DNA of 64,000 nucleotides, taken from contig JAWBAK010000001.1 of assembly GCA_038997165.1 (NCBI GenBank), positions 32,001-96,000 of the forward strand, given 5' to 3'. The DNA is from Candidatus Aenigmatarchaeota archaeon. Its GTDB lineage: Archaea > Aenigmatarchaeota > Aenigmatarchaeia > CG10238-14 > SpSt-28. Positions within the stretch are counted from its first letter, which is position 1. Each line of letters begins with the position of its first letter. Positions 1 through 8,900 of the stretch are shown one piece after another. Below the pieces are notes generated by a model. The model saw only the letters and a list, made by a program, of their open reading frames with translations, had not been told where the DNA came from and ran no database searches. The position numbers and the translations under genes were made by a program.

Positions 1-838
1 CCGCTTCTTTTCTAAAACAAGCAGTCCATGCAAGAATTTTAATAGGTAAATCCTTTGGATCAAATAATTTATCTTTGAAATATGCTATGATTGGATGTTC
101 AGACGTTGAAATTAATATTAAATTATCTTCAACATTAAATAATGCATCTTGAAAAGCTTCAAAATATGTAATTTTTTCTTCTACTTCTTTTCTCATCATA
201 TAAGGAGTTATCATTAATACATCTGAATAACCTTTATTTTTAAAAAATTCTATTGCATATAAACTTAAAGCTAAATCTAAAATTACTAATTCATTAAATA
301 AATAATAAAATCTTGATCCAGAAATTTCTCCTGCTTTTTCTTGATCAATATATTTTCCAACCAAGCTATAGTGATGCAATGGTTCATAATTTATTTTTTC
401 AAATTCAACATTTGGATACATTTTAATAAAATTTTCAATTTGATTTTCATAAACCTTTGGTCTACCAATATATTTTATTGGTTTTTCATATTCTTCACCA
501 ATCTTTAAAGGAACTTCTGGATGGATCCAATTTGGTAAAAGTAGTTCAATTTTTGAGATTTTTTCCTCGATATTTTTAACTTCCTCTTCTAACTTATTAA
601 TTTCCTCTTTTAATAGTTTGGCTTTTTTTAATAAGCTTTCTTCTTTTTTTTCTATATATTCTTTGTTAATTTTATTTAGTTCTGTTTTCTTTTCTTTAAG
701 AATTTTATTTAATTCTTTTAGTTCTTTAAATTCTTTTATTCCATTTTCAATTATTGGAATTAAATTATCTAAACCTCTATGAATTAAATTTTCTTTATAC
801 TTTTCAAAATTGTCGGCTATATCTTTAATTTTTGGCAT
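1..838 (-). CDS. serS: Seryl-tRNA synthetase (3' end runs off the window start)
   Basis: Not in the ORF track; translated by hand from the ATG at 838. MPKIKDIADN..., N-terminal coiled-coil arm, LPNWIHPEVP, SGSRFYYL, LISTSEHP and class II motif 2 ACFRKEA at the window edge. Confidence 0.93.
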   Translation of the reverse strand, partial: MPKIKDIADNFEKYKENLIHRGLDNLIPIIENGIKEFKELKELNKILKEKKTELNKINKEYIEKKEESLLKKAKLLKEEINKLEEEVKNIEEKISKIELLLPNWIHPEVPLKIGEEYEKPIKYIGRPKVYENQIENFIKMYPNVEFEKINYEPLHHYSLVGKYIDQEKAGEISGSRFYYLFNELVILDLALSLYAIEFFKNKGYSDVLMITPYMMRKEVEEKITYFEAFQDALFNVEDNLILISTSEHPIIAYFKDKLFDPKDLPIKILAWTACFRKEA

Positions 839-916
839 AAATTTTAAATTTTTGACCTAAAAATATTTATATATTAAAATTAAATGATTTATTTAACTTG
901 AAAAAGTTTAATTTTT

Positions 917-1444
917 ATGGATAAATTTGCTTTAACAGAAGTTCAAATAAAACCTTTACTTTTTACAGCTGCAATAGTTAAAAAATTTGATTTAACAATT
1001 TTACCTTTAACATTTACTTATGAAGGTCCAAATATTTCTATGATTTCAAAAAATTTCAAAAAAATTATATCAAGTGCTTTTGAAATTAAAGAAGAAGATA
1101 TAAAAGAGAGTTCTTTTAATCTAATAAGGGGGGAAAAAGAAAAGATGAATTCAGAATATAAATTAAATAAGAAAATAGATTCTTTTTGCTACTATAGATT
1201 TGAAATAAGAAGTTCATATGAAGCTGATATAAATGATAATGGAAAATTTGAAACTTCAATTAAAGGTTCCTTATATTTTGAACTTCCTCAAGAAACCTCT
1301 TTTCAAAGATCTATATTTTTTCATTTTTTCTTTTCTTTATATTGGAATTTTTATTATTCAAAAATTGTTGGAAAATACATTGAAGAAGGAAAAGGTTATT
1401 TAACAAAATTTATAAACTTGTTAAAAGCACAAACAAAAATTTAA
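917..1444 (+). CDS. Hypothetical protein, 175 aa (probable paralog of the next gene)
   Basis: ORF track; stop overlaps the next start; aromatic-rich C-terminal helix FFHFFFSLYWNFYYSK. Confidence 0.7.
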   Translation: MDKFALTEVQIKPLLFTAAIVKKFDLTILPLTFTYEGPNISMISKNFKKIISSAFEIKEEDIKESSFNLIRGEKEKMNSEYKLNKKIDSFCYYRFEIRSSYEADINDNGKFETSIKGSLYFELPQETSFQRSIFFHFFFSLYWNFYYSKIVGKYIEEGKGYLTKFINLLKAQTKI

Positions 1445-1938
1445 TGGAAGAGAAAATAATTAAAGAAATTATAATTCCAAAAGAAGAATATTTAGAATTT
1501 AATATAGAAACTTCTAATCCATTAAATGCCTATAAAAGACATTATGAAATTTTTGCAAGAATGCTTGAAATTAAAAGAAGTAGACATTATATTAGAGATT
1601 TAAGATTTGATGCAACAGATAATTCTTTTTTTATAAGAATTGATATTAGCGATATTTTTGATGATTCTAAATTTTTTAGAACTTATTATTTAATAGAAAC
1701 AATTTTAAGTGGTAATATTCCAAAAGAAGGAAAGTCTAATTTAAACATTAAACTTAGAGGCAAAATTATTTATGAACTAACTATAAGCGATGAAAATAAA
1801 TTACTCTTTTTTATTAAAAAATTATTCGCACATCTTCATTTTCAGCTTTTTTATAAAAAAGTTTTTGAAGATAGAATAAAAAGAATTGAGGAAGTTTTGG
1901 AAAAAGCAAAAAACGAATTTATAAGAATTTTATCTTAA
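1444..1938 (+). CDS. Hypothetical protein, 164 aa
   Basis: ORF track; coupled to both neighbours; C-terminal FFIKKLFAHLHFQLFYKK resembles the upstream gene. Confidence 0.7.
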   Translation: MEEKIIKEIIIPKEEYLEFNIETSNPLNAYKRHYEIFARMLEIKRSRHYIRDLRFDATDNSFFIRIDISDIFDDSKFFRTYYLIETILSGNIPKEGKSNLNIKLRGKIIYELTISDENKLLFFIKKLFAHLHFQLFYKKVFEDRIKRIEEVLEKAKNEFIRILS

Positions 1939-1940
1939 AT

Positions 1941-3029
1941 ATGATAAGAAAAGGGTTTGTTGAATTAAGATTAGCTAGTGGACCTGTACCACACTATAAA
2001 GAAATGGTTAAATTAGCAAGGCCTATTTTAGAAATTTTAGTCGAAGAATATGGAAGTTATGAAGTAATAAAAAGATTTAGCGATGCCTTATGGTTTCAAT
2101 GTTTCGCATGTTTATTAGGTTTTGAGTGGAATTATAGTGGGATGACTACAGTAACAATTAAAGCTATTAAAGATGCTTTAAAAGATTCAAATTTACCAAT
2201 AAAAGTTGTGGGAGGAAAAGGAAAAGAAGCCATTAATACTTTAGAAGAAATAGAAAAATTAGAAATAAAAAATAAAGATGAAATAAAAAAAGCTAGTATA
2301 TTAAGTGCAAAAGCAGATAATGTTGAATTGCAAGATGGTTATGATCTATATTTTCATTCATTAATAATTGATGAAAATGGAAATTTTTCTATAATAAATC
2401 AAAAAATGAATATTAATAATCAAAAAGTTAGAAGACTTCATTGGATAGCTAATACAAAAGTATTTGAAGAAGAACCACATAACGAAATAATTGGAATAAA
2501 AGAAAAAGTTGCTTTAAATTTATTTTCGAAAGATTCTAAAGAAACAAGAAAAGCTATTGTAGATATTGTTAAAGATTATAGTATTGAAAAAATTGAAAAA
2601 ACTTTAATAATGCTAAATAAAAAACAAAATCAAAAATTATTGGTAGATTATTTAAAAATGGAAAATTTTGAAATAGTTAAATTGCCTTATTATTTTAAAA
2701 TACCTAAAAAAATTGATAAAAAAGCTTTAGAAATAGCAAAAAATGCTGAAAATTTTGAAGATATACTAAAAATTAGAGGAATTGGAAAAGATACTATAAG
2801 AGGTTTAGCATATATTGCAAATATAATTTTTGGAACAAGAATTAGTTGGAAAGATCCAATTAAATTTACTTATGCTCATGGAACAAAAGCTGGTAAACCA
2901 TATTATGTTGATAAAGAAAGAATGTTGAAAGAAGCAGAAATATTAAGACAAGCTGTTGAAGAGGCAAAAATAGGAAATAAAGAAAAAATTTATGCATTAA
3001 AAAGATTATCGAAAATTATTGAAATGTGA
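1941..3029 (+). CDS. DUF763 family protein
   Basis: Motifs FSDALWFQCFACLLGFEWNYSGMTT, AKADNVELQDGYDLYFH, HhH-like IRGIGKDT and DPIKFTYAHGTKAGKPY match the DUF763 pattern. Confidence 0.88.
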   Translation: MIRKGFVELRLASGPVPHYKEMVKLARPILEILVEEYGSYEVIKRFSDALWFQCFACLLGFEWNYSGMTTVTIKAIKDALKDSNLPIKVVGGKGKEAINTLEEIEKLEIKNKDEIKKASILSAKADNVELQDGYDLYFHSLIIDENGNFSIINQKMNINNQKVRRLHWIANTKVFEEEPHNEIIGIKEKVALNLFSKDSKETRKAIVDIVKDYSIEKIEKTLIMLNKKQNQKLLVDYLKMENFEIVKLPYYFKIPKKIDKKALEIAKNAENFEDILKIRGIGKDTIRGLAYIANIIFGTRISWKDPIKFTYAHGTKAGKPYYVDKERMLKEAEILRQAVEEAKIGNKEKIYALKRLSKIIEM

Positions 3030-3898
3030 ATGTTGGAATTGATATAGGAGCTACTAAAACAAGAATTGGAATAGAAAAAGATGGAAAAATATTAATAGAA
3101 GAATTTTACACACCAAAAGAAAATTTAATAAATTTTTTATTTCAAAAACTTTCAAATATAAAATTTGAAAAAATAGTAATAGGAATTGCTGGAATTGTTA
3201 ATATAAAAAAAGGTGAAGTTATTTATTCTCCAAATCTCAAAATAAAAAATTTAAATTTAAAAGATATTCTAGAAAAAATATTTAAAAAAGAAGTAATTGT
3301 TGTTAATGACGCAATTGCCGCTTCAATTGGTGAAAAAATTTATGGAAAATATAAAGAAAAAAATTTTGTGTATATAACAATAAGTAGTGGAATAGGTGCT
3401 GGAATTTTTATAGATAATAAATTAATTTTAGGAAAAGATGGAAATGCTCATGAAGTTGGACATATTACGATAGATTTTAACTCTAGAATAAAATGTAGTT
3501 GTGGAAAATATGGGCACTGGGAAGCTTATTGTAGTGGAAATTCTATTCCAAATTTTGTAAAATATTATGCTAATTTAAAAGGATATAAAATTTTTGATAA
3601 AATAAAGGGTGCAGAAGAGTTTTTCAAAATTTATAAAAAATATGAAATAGGAAAAGAAATTTTCAAATTATTACAAATAATTAATGCAAAAGCAATAGCC
3701 TCTATTATACATCTTTATGATCCAGAAATAGTTGTTATTGGAGGTAGTGTAGCTGTTAATAATAAAAAGTTAATTAATAAAAAGTTAATAAAAAAAGAGT
3801 TATTAGTTAGAATGCCAAAAATTAGTTTTTCAAAAGTAAAAAATAATGGGGTTTTAGGCTGCTTAGAAATTTGTAAAAATAATTTAAAACTTAAATAG
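3026..3898 (+). CDS. ROK family sugar kinase (glucokinase-like)
   Basis: GIDIGATK, NDAIAA, SSGIGAG, EVGH and the Zn motif CSCGKYGHWEAYCSG; GTG start overlaps the DUF763 stop. Confidence 0.92.
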   Translation: MNVGIDIGATKTRIGIEKDGKILIEEFYTPKENLINFLFQKLSNIKFEKIVIGIAGIVNIKKGEVIYSPNLKIKNLNLKDILEKIFKKEVIVVNDAIAASIGEKIYGKYKEKNFVYITISSGIGAGIFIDNKLILGKDGNAHEVGHITIDFNSRIKCSCGKYGHWEAYCSGNSIPNFVKYYANLKGYKIFDKIKGAEEFFKIYKKYEIGKEIFKLLQIINAKAIASIIHLYDPEIVVIGGSVAVNNKKLINKKLIKKELLVRMPKISFSKVKNNGVLGCLEICKNNLKLK

Positions 3899-3918
3899 TT
3901 TTCGAAACTTCTTTTTTT

Positions 3919-4284
3919 ATGGCAACGAAAGGAAAAGCTAAAAAAGAGGAAATAGTAAATATTGGAGAAATAGCTTTTTTAGCAGGAATTTTAATAGCAA
4001 TAATTTCAGGAATACTAATAGTAGGTAACGTAATATCACAAGAATGGCTAGTAAATGCTTCATTAGCTCTATTAGGAACTATAGTTGGTTTATTAAATAT
4101 AAGAAAAGAAGAATATACAACATTTTTATTAGCAAGCTTAATTTTTCTATTACCGCTAGGAGTTGAAACTATAACAGGATTAGAATGGTTATCAAAAATA
4201 ATTAAATTAATAGGAGTTTTTGTATTACCAGCTGCATTAATAACAGCTTTTAAAGCAGTTTGGGATACAGCACACAAAAGATAG
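3919..4284 (+). CDS. Small integral membrane protein (about 4 TM)
   Basis: Four hydrophobic segments; normal codon style. The antisense ORF is judged a shadow. Confidence 0.75.
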   Translation: MATKGKAKKEEIVNIGEIAFLAGILIAIISGILIVGNVISQEWLVNASLALLGTIVGLLNIRKEEYTTFLLASLIFLLPLGVETITGLEWLSKIIKLIGVFVLPAALITAFKAVWDTAHKR

Positions 4285-4286
4285 TC

Positions 4287-4463
4287 CTATCCTATCACTT
4301 TTATTAATTTTTTTGGTCTTAAAGCTTTGCTCTTACAATATCTACATCTAACTTTTCCTTCGGCAACTTTACTAGCTAGTGCTCTAATTTTATGTTTACA
4401 ATTTTTACATACAAATACATTTTTGAATAATCTTTTTTCTACATCTGGATCTAACTTTTTCAT
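4287..4463 (-). CDS. rpl40e: 50S ribosomal protein L40e (58 aa, missed by the ORF track)
   Basis: Manual translation MKKLDPDVEKRLFKNVFVCKNCKHKIRALASKVAEGKVRCRYCKSKALRPKKLIKVIG*; CxxC...CxxC with the LRPKK tail typical of L40e. Confidence 0.88.
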   Translation of the reverse strand: MKKLDPDVEKRLFKNVFVCKNCKHKIRALASKVAEGKVRCRYCKSKALRPKKLIKVIG

Positions 4464-4486
4464 AAAAATATTAATTAAAAATATAT

Positions 4487-5056
4487 ATGGATAAAAAAGG
4501 TTATAGATTTTTAGGTATTGATGATTCCTATTTTAGCAGAAACGAAAAATTTTCTTATTTAGTTGGTTGTATTATGAGAAAAAATGAAATAATTGAAGGA
4601 TTTCTAATTGAAAAAATAGATGTTGATGGATTAGATTCTACAGAAAAAATTATAAAAATGATAAATAATAAAAGATTTTATCAACAAATTTTTGCTGTTT
4701 TCCTTGCAGGAATAACTTTTGCTGGATTTAATGTTGCTGATATTGAAGAAATATATCAAAAAACAAAAAAACCAATAATTGTTCTAATGAAAAAATATCC
4801 AAATTTTAATGGAATTGAAAATGCTCTTAAAAAATATTTTAATGATTGGAAAAAAAGATTAGAAATAATAAAAAAAGCTGGAGAAATTAAAAAAATTGAA
4901 AATTTTTATGTTCAATTAAAAGGAATTAGCGAAAAGGAAGCAGAAATTTTAATAAAAATGAGTAGAAAAAATAGTAAAGTACCGGAAGCATTAAGAATTG
5001 CTCATATGGTAGCTAGTGCAATTTCTTTAGGCTATAGTTCAAAAAAGATTTTATAA
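4487..5056 (+). CDS. DUF99 family protein (endonuclease V-like fold)
   Basis: RFLGIDDS, VDGLDST, GITFAGFNVAD, KVPEALRIAH. Confidence 0.9.
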   Translation: MDKKGYRFLGIDDSYFSRNEKFSYLVGCIMRKNEIIEGFLIEKIDVDGLDSTEKIIKMINNKRFYQQIFAVFLAGITFAGFNVADIEEIYQKTKKPIIVLMKKYPNFNGIENALKKYFNDWKKRLEIIKKAGEIKKIENFYVQLKGISEKEAEILIKMSRKNSKVPEALRIAHMVASAISLGYSSKKIL

Positions 5057-5935
5057 TTTTCTTATTTTAGCAATAAAAAACGCTTCTTGACCTTTATTTA
5101 AAATTCTTTTTGTTTTTGAAATTTCTTTACTAAATTCGTAATTATCGAATTTAGTAAAACCATCTATAAGACTTATACCTTTAATTTTAATGTTTTCTAA
5201 TTCTACATCAAAATTTTTAATAAACCAATCTATGATAGCTTCGTTTTCTTCAATTAATAATGAGCATGTTGAATAAACAATTATTCCATCCTTTTTTAAC
5301 ATATAGTATGCAGATTTTAATAATTGTTTTTGTAAATTCTGAAGTTTTTTAATTAAATTTTCATTAGTAAGTTTTATTGCATCTCTTTTAAATGTTCCAG
5401 TAGCACTACAAGGAACATCTAATAAAATTTTATCAAAAAAATTTTCAATTTTTTTATATAAAAATCTTCCATCTTCAATTGAAATTATTGTATTTAATAC
5501 TCCCATTTTTTGAATATTAGAAGCTAATGCTTTTATTCTATCTATTTTTATATCATTAGCTAAAATAAAGCCTTTATTATTCATCAACTGAGCTATTTCT
5601 GTAGTTTTCCCTCCAGGTGCTGCACATAAATCTAAAACATAATCTTTTTCATTTGGTTCTAAAACTAATGGAACTATCATGCTAGATGCATCATGACAAA
5701 AAATATAGCCAATTGCATGTTCTATTTCTTTTGTAATTATTTTATCCTTATTTAAAACTTTGAATGCAAAATCTGCAAAGGGTAATTTTTCTAATTCATA
5801 TCCTCTATTTTCTAGTTCTTTTATAACTTTATCTACTTCTATTTTTAAAGTATTTACCCTAAAATATGTTGCTAAAGATTTATAATATTCTTCAATATTT
5901 ATACTGAATTTTTTTTCTAATTCTCCTATTTTCAT
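5051..5935 (-). CDS. NOL1/NOP2/Sun family RNA cytosine-C5 methyltransferase
   Basis: VLDLCAAPGGKT, DKILLDVPCSATG, VYSTCS...ENE. Confidence 0.95.
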   Translation of the reverse strand: MKIGELEKKFSINIEEYYKSLATYFRVNTLKIEVDKVIKELENRGYELEKLPFADFAFKVLNKDKIITKEIEHAIGYIFCHDASSMIVPLVLEPNEKDYVLDLCAAPGGKTTEIAQLMNNKGFILANDIKIDRIKALASNIQKMGVLNTIISIEDGRFLYKKIENFFDKILLDVPCSATGTFKRDAIKLTNENLIKKLQNLQKQLLKSAYYMLKKDGIIVYSTCSLLIEENEAIIDWFIKNFDVELENIKIKGISLIDGFTKFDNYEFSKEISKTKRILNKGQEAFFIAKIRKL

Positions 5936-5944
5936 TAATTATTT

Positions 5945-8900
5945 ATGATAAGCAGCAAATTATATCCAATTTTTATTATTCTTATAATACTTTTTATTTT
6001 AAATTTATTTCCTAATATATCATTTTCCCAAGAAATAAAAATTTTTCATTTAAAACCTACTTCTATTTTAAATTGTATAAAAGCAGGTACAACTTCTACT
6101 TGTAGTCTAGCTAATATAAATGGAGATGATTCTGTTAATGAAACAATATCTATAACTTCAGCTCCTTCTAAAAATTATGGCTTAATAAATGTTAGTTTTG
6201 AAAAATTAAATAGATATGACATTAATCTAATAAATTTAACTGTTGGAGTTAAAGGTGCAAGATGCCGAGGATTAGCTTGTGATTCAGAAGACACTCATCT
6301 TGGAGATAATGCAAACGATAAATGTTATTTATTAATAAGAAGTAATAGATTATTAAACTCTTTTCCAAATTCTTATACTACCTGTAATTTATGGAATGCA
6401 GGTAGTTTTACTTATGTTGAATTACCGTTTTTATCTAACATTAGCTCTATTTTAGAATTAAATGAAATAAATTTAACGTCAGAATGGTATGGATATGACG
6501 ATGATGATAGGAATGTTTGGTTTGCAATGGATTATTTCTATATAAATTTAACGTATTTTGATTTGCTTTATTCAAATTGGAATTTCTATAACTTTACAGA
6601 TGGAAATGCTTTAAATGAACCTATAGAAATTAAAAGAGGGGATATAATAAAGGCAAGTGCATTATTTGATATTACAGAAGTTAAATATGCAAATGTAACT
6701 TTAGTTACACCAAATAATGAAAAAATAATTCTTAGTTCTATAGATTATCCAAACTTATTTAATATACAAAATATTTCAACTTATAAATATTGGATAAATT
6801 TTACGATTAATACATCTAATACCACTCTTTATAAATTTGCTGGAGCTTATAATATATCTATAACTGCAATTAATAAATTAGATGGCTATAATTCAACTAC
6901 ATTTAAAACTTTTTACTTATATGGTTTTTCAAAAATTTCTAAAATTTATGTTAACGATACTTATTTATATCCGAATCAAACAGCTTTAATAAGTTGTAAA
7001 GTAGAAGATGCAAATTCAAGTATTCCAATAAACAATTATATAGTAAATTTTTATGTAAATGATGATTTTATAGGATCAAATGTTTCAGATATTAATGGAT
7101 TTGCAACTATAAAATATAAATTTGATAATGAAGGAGATTACGCAATAAAATGTAATATAACAGATAATAAAACATTATATTATTACGCTTCAGAAGAAAA
7201 TTCAAAAATTATAAATTTAAAAGTTTTAAATCTAAGTTCTTCTGTATCATTAAAAAATTATTTAAATTTTGGAGAAGAGCAAATAATTTCAATAAATATT
7301 ACTAATGCTAGTGAAATTAAATTAGCGATTGTTAATATTTCTTTTGTAGAAATTAAAGATTATAATTTAGTAGAAACTTTTGAAATAAAAAATTTATCAG
7401 TTAATGAATGCTATGAACCATATCTATGCAATTACCAATTAAAATTTGTTCCAAGAAGAAGTGGAAATTATAACTTAACATTTTTTATTGATGCAGACAG
7501 TCCTTATGGTATTCTCATTAATATTTCTAATTTTTCTGTGAGTTTTGGAAATGCCTTAATTGATATTAAATTTCCAAGTTTTGATAAAATTTTAATAAAT
7601 CAAACATTTTTATTCAAATTTAATGTTTTAGCAATAAATGGGGATGTTTGGCTTGTAAATATAAGTTTAAATTCGACAAATACTAGTGTTATAAATGTTT
7701 TAGAAGAAATTTATAAGCCAAATTTATATTCAATAGCCAACGGTTCTTTAATAGAAATTAGCTATTTAGTTAAAACTGAAAATTTTGGAATTACAACAAT
7801 TAATATTTCTGCAATTCCTTTAAATGGTTCTAGCTATACTATTTCAAAAGATTATGAAGTTGTTGGCTTTAATAATTCAATTTTAAAAAATTATTTAAAT
7901 TTTGGTGAAATGCAAAAATATTTTGTTAATATTACTGGAAATGTTTCCGAAATTAAAAGAGTTTATGCAATAATAGAATTTTTCAATATTTCAAATTGCA
8001 AATTAAATAAAACCTTTTTAGAAATTAATTTTACGATAGAAAAAATATTAGAAAATATTTACATTTATTCTATTTCTTATATTCCACCAAGGAGTGGAAA
8101 TTATTTAACAAAAATTTTTGTAGAAAGTAATAGCGGAATTGCTATAAATGAAAGCAAAGAATATTTTGTTAGTTTTGGAAGTGCTGAAATTTTTGTTATT
8201 AATCCATATTATTTTGTTTTACCAAATCAAACCTTTAATATAATTGTTGAAATTAAAGCAATTAATGGAGATTTATGGAATATAAGCACAAACATATCTA
8301 TTTTAAATCAAATCCCAATTAATTTAACAAATGATGAAACTAATTATCATATAAATTCTATAGAAGCAATTGCTAGCGGAAGTTTTTGTGAAGATAAATG
8401 GAAAGCTTATTCAACATATACTTTAGGAAATGAAATTACAACAATAACCTTTTATGCATATCCACAAAATGGAAGTAGTAATGTTTATTCAGAAAGTTTT
8501 GAAATAATTTTACCATTAAGACCATATATAGAACCAAATATTAGTTTTATTGATGAATATGTAATTTTTAAAGTTCCTATTTTTGGAAATGCTTCTAACT
8601 TTAAAATAAATGCTTCTATTTTTAAACCAAATAACATTATTGAAAATATTTCATTCTTTACAGCTATTCCAAAAAATTATAGCGAATGTAATATAGAAAT
8701 AGAAACTGGAAACATTGCTCCAAAAGGTATTGCAAATGCCAATATTAATAATGAGTTTTCAATATTTGCTATAGATAATAATTCTAATACTTCATGGTTT
8801 AATCTCGATAGCAATGCAATTTCTCAACTAAACATTACATTACCTAAAATAATTACAGTAGATAGAATTGAAATCGAATGGATAGGATCTTCTACACTAG

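Noticed and set aside
3760..3795. Short tandem TAATAAAAAGTTAAT x2 (NKKLINKKLI)
   Set aside because: Tiny in-frame duplication in AT-rich coding DNA; no spacers or functional sign.
3891..4277. 128-aa minus-strand ORF
   Set aside because: Antisense shadow of the 3919-4284 membrane protein, which fits the operon direction.
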